A stretch of 64,000 nt of DNA from Candidatus Firestoneibacteriota bacterium (GTDB taxonomy: Bacteria > Oederibacteriota > D2-FULL-39-29 > CAIOVX01). Numbering within the stretch: the first letter of the stretch is position 1; the number at the start of each line of letters is the position of its first letter. The translations under genes were made by a program, and so were the position numbers. The stretch covers positions 2,547 through 66,546 of the forward strand of contig CAIOVX010000027.1 in NCBI GenBank assembly GCA_903861835.1, given 5' to 3'. The notes under the pieces were generated by a model that was given only the letters and a program-made list of their open reading frames with translations, searched no databases and had not been told where the DNA came from. Shown here piece after piece: positions 41,880 to 49,537 of the stretch.

Positions 41880-42401
41880 ATGAAAAAGTTTATTTTTATC
41901 ACCGGGGGAGCGAGGAGCGGCAAGTCCGCTTTTTCGGAAGCTGCGGCAACAGCGCTCGGGAAAGACCTTGTCTATATAGCGACCATGGAGGCCCTTGACG
42001 GGGAAATGAAACTCCGGATAAAAAAGCACATCAGCCGCAGGGGACAAGACTGGAAAACCATAGAAGAGCCATTGAGGGTTGTTGAAACCCTGAAGAAAAA
42101 CGACAAAGTCGGCAGGGTTTTTCTGCTCGATTGCCTGACTCTTTTTATAAGCAACCACATGTTGAAGGGCGCGTCCGAGAGTGGCCTGGAGAAAAAGGCA
42201 AAAGAACTTGCGCGTTTCTGCAAGTCCTGCAAGGGCTCGGTCGTTATTGTATCAAACGAAGTAGGAATGGGGCTGGTGCCGGACAATCCGCTCGGAAGAA
42301 AATTCCGCGACGCCCAGGGAATTGCGAACAAGATAATGGCGGCAACAGCGGATGAAGTTTATTTTTTAGTGTCGGGGATAGCAATAAAAATAAAAAGTTA
42401 A
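41880..42401 (+). CDS. cobU: Adenosylcobinamide kinase / cobinamide-phosphate guanylyltransferase
   Basis: GGARSGKS, YIAT, RIKKHISRR, LDCLT, VSNEVGMG. Confidence 0.96.
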   Translation: MKKFIFITGGARSGKSAFSEAAATALGKDLVYIATMEALDGEMKLRIKKHISRRGQDWKTIEEPLRVVETLKKNDKVGRVFLLDCLTLFISNHMLKGASESGLEKKAKELARFCKSCKGSVVIVSNEVGMGLVPDNPLGRKFRDAQGIANKIMAATADEVYFLVSGIAIKIKS

Positions 42402-42490
42402 TAACGTTCTTAACGTTCGTAACGTAAAGCAGCACATCCGGCGGTTGCCTTACGTTATAAACCTTATAAACGATACAAACGTTATAAACG
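42393..42490. repeat. Repeat family C palindrome overlapping the cobU stop
   Basis: AAAAGT TAA TAA CGT TCT TAA CGT TCG TAA CGT AAA ... TTACGTTATAAACCTTATAAACG. Confidence 0.85.
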
Positions 42491-42511
42491 ACTGTTTTTT
42501 GAGGGGGTTAT

Positions 42512-43246
42512 TTGCTTAAACGAATGTTACTTTCAATCCAATTCCTCACCCGCCTTCCCGTTATCGTTCCGGGGGAAGCGAATGAGGCTGACATCGCGGG
42601 CTCGGCGGTCTTTTTTCCGCTTGCGGGCCTGCTTATAGCAGGTATCCTGGCGGGAGCTTACTTCCTGCTCTTCTCGGTCCTTCCGGCCTTTGTCGTTTCA
42701 GTGCTGGTGCTGTTCATATATATAATTCTCACAGGTTCTCTTCACCTGGACGGATTTGCGGATACCGTTGATGGTTTTTACGGAGGAAGGGACAAGGAAG
42801 GAATACTCAAAATAATGGATGACAGCCGCATCGGAGCTATAGGTGCCGTCTGGCTTTTTACGGTGATAACCCTCTTTATTGCGTTATTCACCTATCTCTC
42901 AAAAGAACTTGTCCCTGCACTGCTCTCGGCAATAGTATTAGGCCGGACCGGCGCGGTACTTCTCATGTATTTTTCCAAGCCGGCAAAAAAGACAGGCCTT
43001 GCCGGAATGTTTTGCGGCAAGATAACTTTTCTTCAAGCGCTTTTAGCTTACCTGATAGCGGTCTGTATCTGCGCGGCGCTCGGCTGGAAAGCTGTCGCCG
43101 GTCTTTTTATCGTTACCATTCTTTCCGTCATCGCGGCGAAATACTTTCATAAGAAACTCGGGGGAATAACAGGGGACACTATAGGGTTTTCAGTAGTTTT
43201 ATTTGAAGCGGTTGTGCTGATTTACTGGCTTATCAGGATATCTTAA
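42512..43246 (+). CDS. cobS: Adenosylcobinamide-GDP ribazoletransferase
   Basis: QFLTRLP, LHLDGFADTVDG, MDDSRIG, GGITGDTIG. Confidence 0.95.
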   Translation: MLKRMLLSIQFLTRLPVIVPGEANEADIAGSAVFFPLAGLLIAGILAGAYFLLFSVLPAFVVSVLVLFIYIILTGSLHLDGFADTVDGFYGGRDKEGILKIMDDSRIGAIGAVWLFTVITLFIALFTYLSKELVPALLSAIVLGRTGAVLLMYFSKPAKKTGLAGMFCGKITFLQALLAYLIAVCICAALGWKAVAGLFIVTILSVIAAKYFHKKLGGITGDTIGFSVVLFEAVVLIYWLIRIS

Positions 43247-43272
43247 GCAATTAGTATGTTTGGAGGAATAAA

Positions 43273-45114
43273 ATGAAAAAGTTGCTTTTGCTTGCTCTGG
43301 TTTCAGTTTTCACGGTTTTATCAGCTGGGGAGGCTCTTAAAGAAGCGGAAAAGGACGGTTCAGCCGACAAGGTCTTTTCCCTTGACGAAGTCGTGGTAAC
43401 CGGGACCAAGGCGGAAAAATACCTCCGTGATGAACCGGGAAGCGTTGAACTGGTCACTCATGATACGGTAAAAGCAAGCAGCAACGCGGGAGAAGCCGCG
43501 GCTTCCGTTTCCGGAGTGGATGTAGGACGTAACGGCGCCCTCGGGCAGACGCAAAACATGCTGATAAGGGGCGTCGCGTCGGAAGGGACGCTCATCTTGC
43601 TTGACGGCATCCCGCTTAACGGAAGTTATTCCGGGCTTGTTGATTTTTCTTCACTGGCCCTGGATAACATTGAAAGGATAGAGATAATGAAAGGCCCTGC
43701 CTCGTCGCTGTATGGAGCCAACGCCGTGGGCGGCGTGGTAAACCTAATTACAAAGTCAAAAGCCGGGAAGCCGGAATTCACGCTTGGGGAGAAATACGGG
43801 AGCTTCAATACTCATGACCTAAACCTCGGTCTTTCAGGCAAGCTGGAGCTTTTGAGCGTAAATATTGGCGGCAGCTACAAACACACCGACGGAGCGAGAC
43901 CCAACAGCGCGTTTGACGCCTATAATGTTAACGGGAAAATTTCATACGAATTCATCAAGGGCAGCACGCTTGCGTTGAACGGCGGCTACTATAGCGACAA
44001 AGTAGGAAGCCCGGGTCCGTCCGGCGCTGCTTCTCCGACTGACAGGCAGGAAGACCTCCGCTACTTCGGCAATATTGAAACAAGTCTCGCCTTGACGGAG
44101 GACATGAATTTTAAGATTAACCTGTACGCGGGGAGCACAAATCAGAATTTCTATTCTGCGTCAGCAACGACCAGCACGGAAATTAACTATGACCTTAACG
44201 CCCAGTACTCCTATGACCTTGCGGGAATAAACGTAATAACTTTAGGAGCAAGGTACAGGAACAACCGGCTGAATCAAAATCTTATAGGACAGAAAGAATC
44301 AACGACCAAATCTATTTTTGCCCAGGATGTCCTTGATATGCTGGGGAATATGATATTTACGCCTTCCATAAGGCTTGACAGCGACAGCGGTTATGGCGAC
44401 ACCTGGAATCCGCAGGCAGCATTGGTATATAACCTTGAAGACGGATTACAGCTTAAGGGTTCCATCGGCACCTCGTTTCGAGCCCCGAACTTTTCTGAAC
44501 TTTACTGGCCGCTTGATTCCTGGGGTGATGTGGGGAATCCGGCGCTTAAGCCGGAGAAAGCAACCTCCTATGATTTCGGCATAAGCTACGAGGCTGCCGG
44601 AACTCTTTTTGCGAGGGCTACTTACTTCCAAAATAATATTACCGATATGATTCAGTGGTCGCTTGATCCTTCGACATTCTTATTCACGCCCTTAAACGTC
44701 GGCAATGCGGTAACCTACGGGGTAGAAACCGAAATAAAGCTGCGCCCGGCGCCAATTGCGGAGCTCACTTTCAATTACACCTGGCTCTCGGCGAAAGACA
44801 CAGGAACCGGAAAGGAGCTTTACTACAGGCCAAAGAACAAAGTTAACGCCGGTCTGAAGTTTAAGGCCTCGATATTCACTTTAGACCTGAATGCGGAATA
44901 TTATGATATACGCACGGGAAATGACGCTCTGACTTATCTTGATGTGAACCTTCCGGCAGTCATCGTGTCCTCTGCGAGGATAGCGGCAAAGTTAGCCGAA
45001 GCGAGCGAACTCTTTGCGGGCGTGAGTAATCTGGAAGATGTGCGCTATGAATTGAGGAGCGGCTATCCGATGCCGGGAAGGACTTACTATTGCGGAGTGA
45101 ATTATAAATTCTAA
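43273..45114 (+). CDS. btuB: TonB-dependent cobalamin receptor
   Basis: Signal peptide, TonB box EVVVTG, IERIEIMKGPASSLYGANAVGGVVN, GNPALKPE, C-terminal YKF; B12 regulon. Confidence 0.88.
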   Translation: MKKLLLLALVSVFTVLSAGEALKEAEKDGSADKVFSLDEVVVTGTKAEKYLRDEPGSVELVTHDTVKASSNAGEAAASVSGVDVGRNGALGQTQNMLIRGVASEGTLILLDGIPLNGSYSGLVDFSSLALDNIERIEIMKGPASSLYGANAVGGVVNLITKSKAGKPEFTLGEKYGSFNTHDLNLGLSGKLELLSVNIGGSYKHTDGARPNSAFDAYNVNGKISYEFIKGSTLALNGGYYSDKVGSPGPSGAASPTDRQEDLRYFGNIETSLALTEDMNFKINLYAGSTNQNFYSASATTSTEINYDLNAQYSYDLAGINVITLGARYRNNRLNQNLIGQKESTTKSIFAQDVLDMLGNMIFTPSIRLDSDSGYGDTWNPQAALVYNLEDGLQLKGSIGTSFRAPNFSELYWPLDSWGDVGNPALKPEKATSYDFGISYEAAGTLFARATYFQNNITDMIQWSLDPSTFLFTPLNVGNAVTYGVETEIKLRPAPIAELTFNYTWLSAKDTGTGKELYYRPKNKVNAGLKFKASIFTLDLNAEYYDIRTGNDALTYLDVNLPAVIVSSARIAAKLAEASELFAGVSNLEDVRYELRSGYPMPGRTYYCGVNYKF

Positions 45115-45779
45115 TGGCAAAGAGCGCAGCCGGCGCGCGCCGGCAGGGACATATTGTATTAGCCGGAACCGAGCGGCCGGCGGGGCGCGCCTTTTTCGGA
45201 ATATTCCTGGCCGGCTCGCTGGTATTTCATATTGTTTTGTATGGTTTTCTTTTAGTTCTTGAACCGGCCGGGCATCACGGCGGCGTTCAGCTCATTGAAG
45301 TTGCGTTCTCCTATAGAGGAGCGCCGGCTATTCCCGCGGTAAAAAAGCAAACTCATTCTGCAGAGCCCGGCGGACTTGCGCATAATCCCGAAAAAATCGT
45401 CAAGGCTGAAAGCAAAGCAGTTCCGGCCAATGAAGGCAAGGCGGAGGGAAGCGAGGGAAGTGCGGCTCTTTCGTCCGGTTCCGGCACCTACTTGGATGAC
45501 GCGTTCGCGCTCTGGATAGCCGGAATACAGCGCAGGATTTCCTCCTTGTTGGCTTATCCGAGGCTGGCCAGGGAGAACGGCATTGAAGGGACGGCGATTG
45601 TGCGCTTCGCCGTGGATCCCGGAGGCAGGGTTCTTGACGCGCAAATAATGAACTCCTCCGGAAGTAATTTGCTGGATGCGGAGGCGCTAAGGATTGTCAG
45701 GCGCGCTTCTCCTTTTCCGCCGCCGTCAGGGACAGAAAGGAAGTATTTTTCAATGCCTGTAACATTTACGCTGAAGTAA
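45114..45779 (+). CDS. tonB: Energy transducer TonB
   Basis: Single TM with S..H motif; YPRLARENGIEG, SSG..LLD..AL. Confidence 0.85.
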   Translation: MAKSAAGARRQGHIVLAGTERPAGRAFFGIFLAGSLVFHIVLYGFLLVLEPAGHHGGVQLIEVAFSYRGAPAIPAVKKQTHSAEPGGLAHNPEKIVKAESKAVPANEGKAEGSEGSAALSSGSGTYLDDAFALWIAGIQRRISSLLAYPRLARENGIEGTAIVRFAVDPGGRVLDAQIMNSSGSNLLDAEALRIVRRASPFPPPSGTERKYFSMPVTFTLK

Positions 45780-45845
45780 AATGCCTAGGCTTAAGGCGGC
45801 TGTTCTTCGGCGCGGAGAACTGATATTTTTCATCAGGAGAAAAGA

Positions 45846-46667
45846 ATGCAGAGGGCAGAAAAACTATTTAAAGTCGCGGTCTTTGTATTAGCGGCGCTCC
45901 CGGCTTTTTCAGCGGAAACGGAAAACAAAGGACTATTTCTTTTTTCGCCGCTCGCGGGCCGGCTTGCCAGCCAGGTGACTTTTACTGTCCCCAACGCTTC
46001 TGCGCAGCAGCTGAATGACACGGGCGGCTTGTACGGGATGTCTCTTCTGTATGCGGAAAAGAATTTTACCCTAGGAAGTTCCGCGGATTATTCGAGACTG
46101 GATAAGAGCTATGAGAACAATTACCTGTTCTTCACGAGATTTTACACGGGAAAGGCAGGAGAACTCCAGCCGTCCGCCGGTCTTAGCGTCGAGAATATTC
46201 ATATATATACGCAGATGGCTGCCGCGGATGCGGCTCCGCTAAGCTCCCTTGATGTTGACAGTTCTATCTGGGCCTTCCACCTGACCGCGGGTCTTTCATA
46301 TAAGGAAGGCGCCTTCAGAATCTCTCCGTTCGCCGGCTACTTTAACGAACAGGTAGGAACCGTGGTTTCCTCTCCCGGCATGATTGTCTCGGGAGTAAAT
46401 AAGTACGGGTTCAAGGGCGTTTATTCCGACAGTCTGAACTACGCTACCGCGGGGACCAGGCTCGAAGCTTCCATTTCCCATTTCCTTCGCGTTGATTCCA
46501 CGGTATACTTCAGGTTTGGAGATATCGGCCCGGCCCTGATAACGTCGAGAAACAGGATAGATTTCCTGCTCTCCAGGGAGTTTGGCCTCAGCTGCAAGAT
46601 AGATTATTTCCAGGATAAGTATGAGACGAATTCCTTTGTTTCGTTTGGTCCGGTGTTTGTATTTTAA
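45846..46667 (+). CDS. Putative outer-membrane beta-barrel protein
   Basis: Signal peptide, aromatic amphipathic strands, C-terminal Phe (SFGPVFVF). Confidence 0.6.
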   Translation: MQRAEKLFKVAVFVLAALPAFSAETENKGLFLFSPLAGRLASQVTFTVPNASAQQLNDTGGLYGMSLLYAEKNFTLGSSADYSRLDKSYENNYLFFTRFYTGKAGELQPSAGLSVENIHIYTQMAAADAAPLSSLDVDSSIWAFHLTAGLSYKEGAFRISPFAGYFNEQVGTVVSSPGMIVSGVNKYGFKGVYSDSLNYATAGTRLEASISHFLRVDSTVYFRFGDIGPALITSRNRIDFLLSREFGLSCKIDYFQDKYETNSFVSFGPVFVF

Positions 46668-46786
46668 TTTATGGTGCTGAAGCCGTTTCTCATTGACTTT
46701 TTTTCATAAATTGCTATACTTTCTGTACCAAAAAGATTACACTGATTAAAAGTTAGGGTTCCAACGGCAAAACAGGGGGCAAGAGA

Positions 46787-47176
46787 TTGAAATCGCTCGG
46801 AAGACACGTTTTGGCAGAAATGTATGAATGCGACGCCGATATCCTAAACGACCACGAAAAGGTCGAAGATATTCTTATAGACGGCGCCAAAGAAGCCAAA
46901 GCGACCATTATTGAAAGCGTTTTTCACAAGTTCAACCCCTACGGCGTGTCGGGAGTTGTTGTTATACAAGAATCTCACTTCACCATTCACACCTGGCCGG
47001 AATACGGATACGCGGCGCTTGACTGTTTTACCTGCGGGGAAGAGATAAATCCCTGGGTGGCCTTTGAACATATAGCCAAAAAGCTTAAATCCAAGAACCA
47101 CACTACAATGGAGATAAACAGGGGTACGCTTAATCTCAAGAACAAGGAGCTTACTCACAAGCCTATGAAGGGCTGA
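46787..47176 (+). CDS. speD: S-adenosylmethionine decarboxylase proenzyme (short class 1B)
   Basis: GRHVLAE, QE-SH self-cleavage site, HTWPE, DCFTCG; TTG start; TTGACT...TATACT promoter upstream. Confidence 0.95.
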   Translation: MKSLGRHVLAEMYECDADILNDHEKVEDILIDGAKEAKATIIESVFHKFNPYGVSGVVVIQESHFTIHTWPEYGYAALDCFTCGEEINPWVAFEHIAKKLKSKNHTTMEINRGTLNLKNKELTHKPMKG

Positions 47177-47200
47177 GAAGAAACCCTCCTGTAGCGAGCC

Positions 47201-47226
47201 GCCGGCTGAATGCCGGCTTTTTTTTT
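47201..47226 (+). terminator. Intrinsic terminator after speD
   Basis: GCCGGC-TGAAT-GCCGGC followed by T9. Confidence 0.8.
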
Positions 47227-47368
47227 GCGGGGAAATACATATTGCATTTAGCTACCTATTGTGTTATATTTTCCGAAACATTAAGGTTTTGCGCCTGTTT
47301 GAAAGGCGCGAGGCCGGGTTCAAGGGCCGGAAAGAACGCCGTGTTCTGCGGTTGGCCCGGGAGAAACC

Positions 47369-48904
47369 TTGGAATACTCAGAGCGACAGTTAAGGACCCC
47401 GCTCTTCACCGCGGTCGTTAACTATGCCATGCAGAAAAAAATATCCTTCCACACGCCGGGACACAAGCACGGCGACGGCATTCCAAAAATGTTTCGTGAC
47501 TTCGTGGGTTCAAGGATATTTGACATAGACCTGACCTTGCTTGAGGAAGTTGATTCCCTGCAAGATCCGAAGACGGTCATCAAGGAAGCGCAGAAACTCG
47601 CTGCGGAAGCTTACGGCGCGGACTACTCCTTCTTCCTGGTGAACGGCACGACTATCGGCAACCAGGCTATGATACTTTCCGTCATCAAGCCGGGGGAAAA
47701 ACTAATAGTTCCTAGGAACGCGCACAAATCGGTGCTCTCGGGTGTCATTCTTTCCGGAGCGGTGCCGGTCTATGTTTACCCCAAGTACGACCGTGACCTC
47801 GGTGTCATTTGCAATGTAACGCCGAAGCAGATAGAAGAAAAGATTATTGAGAGCCCGGATGTTAAAGCGATACTGGTGACGAGCCCGACCTACAACGGGA
47901 TAGCCACCGATATCAGGGAAATCGTCCGTGTCGCGCACCAGTACAAAAAGATTCTGCTGGTGGATGAAGCGCACGGTCCGCATCTAAAGTTTCACCCGGA
48001 TCTTCCGCTCTCGGCTATGGAAGGCGGGGCCGATATGTGCGTCCAGAGCACGCACAAGATAATTTCCGGCATGACCCAGGCGTCCATGATGCATGCGAGA
48101 AAGACCGTGGATATCCTGAAATTAAAGCGCATTCTGCAGCTGCTGCATACTACAAGTCCTTCATATATACTAATGGCCTCTCTGGATGTGGCCAGGATGC
48201 AGATGGCGACTCAAGGCAGGGAAATTCTTTCGAAAGTTATAACTCTCGCGAACCTGGCAAGGACAGAGATAGTCGAGGCGGGTCTTGGCTGTTTCGGCAA
48301 GGAAGCTATCGGGCGGGAGGGCATCTACGATGTGGATGTCACGAAACTGACCATAGACACGAGGGCCGCGGGGAATTCCGGCTATGAAGTAGCAAAAATA
48401 CTCAACAAAAAGTACGGAGTCCAGATAGAGTTCGCGGCGCCCACAAATGTGCTGGCGATTATGAGCCTGGGTAACACGAAAGAAGACATAAACCGGCTGG
48501 TAAAGGCCTTAAAGGATATAAAGAAAACCTTTACCCCGAATGAGGAACTTATAAAGAAGATAAATTCGGTGAAGGCTCCGGAGCAGGAATCCGAAGTGGT
48601 GCTTACGCCGCGCGAAGCCGCGTTCTCGGTTACAAAGAAGATACCGTTCAAGGAAGCAATAGGCATGGTGAGCGCTGAGCTTATCTGCCCGTACCCGCCG
48701 GGGATACCCGTGCTGGCACCGGGAGAAAGGATTACCAAAGAAGTATTTGAATACCTGATGTACCTGAAAAATCTTGGCAATATGATAAACGGCCAGGACG
48801 ACAAGACGCTCCAGACTGTAAAAGTGGTAGCTGAAACCAAAACAGAGAACAGCAACGGCTTGTTCGAAGCCGATAAAAAAGCGGCCGAAACAAAGAAAAA
48901 TTAA
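47369..48904 (+). CDS. Orn/Lys/Arg decarboxylase, fold type I PLP (Bacillus SpeA-like)
   Basis: FHTPGHK, RNAHKS, DEAHG, QSTHK PLP lysine, TTSPSY, PYPPGIP; TTG start. Confidence 0.9.
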   Translation: MEYSERQLRTPLFTAVVNYAMQKKISFHTPGHKHGDGIPKMFRDFVGSRIFDIDLTLLEEVDSLQDPKTVIKEAQKLAAEAYGADYSFFLVNGTTIGNQAMILSVIKPGEKLIVPRNAHKSVLSGVILSGAVPVYVYPKYDRDLGVICNVTPKQIEEKIIESPDVKAILVTSPTYNGIATDIREIVRVAHQYKKILLVDEAHGPHLKFHPDLPLSAMEGGADMCVQSTHKIISGMTQASMMHARKTVDILKLKRILQLLHTTSPSYILMASLDVARMQMATQGREILSKVITLANLARTEIVEAGLGCFGKEAIGREGIYDVDVTKLTIDTRAAGNSGYEVAKILNKKYGVQIEFAAPTNVLAIMSLGNTKEDINRLVKALKDIKKTFTPNEELIKKINSVKAPEQESEVVLTPREAAFSVTKKIPFKEAIGMVSAELICPYPPGIPVLAPGERITKEVFEYLMYLKNLGNMINGQDDKTLQTVKVVAETKTENSNGLFEADKKAAETKKN

Positions 48905-48948
48905 CAGGATGCAGTTTCTCGCGTCCGGACTTAAGGAGGAACCTAAAA

Positions 48949-49089
48949 GTGCTTTACTGTTGCGAAGAATGCCAGAGTTATGAACAGTGCAGCGAGTCAG
49001 GGTCTCTGCTTGAAGGCTGCTGCAAAGAGTGCTGTTATTTTGAAGAATGCCACGGAGGGGAGGGTGATAATGAACAAGAAGATGAATAA
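48949..49089 (+). CDS. Unannotated 46-aa acidic Cys-rich miniprotein
   Basis: AAGGAGG at 48933-48939, GTG 48949; MLYCCEECQSYEQCSESGSLLEGCCKECCYFEECHGGEGDNEQEDE; end overlaps the DksA start. Confidence 0.7.
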   Translation: MLYCCEECQSYEQCSESGSLLEGCCKECCYFEECHGGEGDNEQEDE

Positions 49090-49537
49090 AAAAGCCGGCC
49101 GAGGGAAAAAAGTGCCGTCTAAAACAAAAAAGATAAAAATCAAAAAGGTTAAAATTACCCCCAGAGCAAAACCGGCCCCCAAGGTCAGAAAACTGCTGAA
49201 ATCGGAAATCAAACATTACCTGTCAATGCTGTACGAAAAGAAAAAGAATGTTCTTGAGGAACTGAACAAGCATCTTGATGACGGGAAAAAGATAGAGTTT
49301 AACGAGGTTAAAGATTCGGTCGACCTGGCTACCGACACTTACGACACGGAATTTCTCCACAACCTCTCAGATACAGAAAAGAAACTGCTGGAAGATATAG
49401 ACTTCGCGATAGAAAAAGCCGAGAAAGGCGATTACGGCGGCTGCGACACTTGCGGCAAGCCGATCAGCAAGGAAAGGCTTGAAGCGCTGCCTTTCTCCAA
49501 GAACTGTATAACGTGTCAGACGAAAAAAGAGATATAG
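49070..49537 (+). CDS. DksA/TraR family transcription factor with basic N-terminal tail (start revised to ATG 49070)
   Basis: Coiled-coil tip DSVDLA (DxxDxA); Zn finger CDTC...RLEALP...CITC. Confidence 0.88.
   Translation: MNKKMNKKAGRGKKVPSKTKKIKIKKVKITPRAKPAPKVRKLLKSEIKHYLSMLYEKKKNVLEELNKHLDDGKKIEFNEVKDSVDLATDTYDTEFLHNLSDTEKKLLEDIDFAIEKAEKGDYGGCDTCGKPISKERLEALPFSKNCITCQTKKEI

Noticed and set aside
46740-46786. TAGGGTTCC upstream of speD resembling the start of a ykkC/guanidine-type riboswitch
   Set aside because: The leader is only about 60 nt and the remaining conserved elements are absent; no SAM-I-like fold is visible either.
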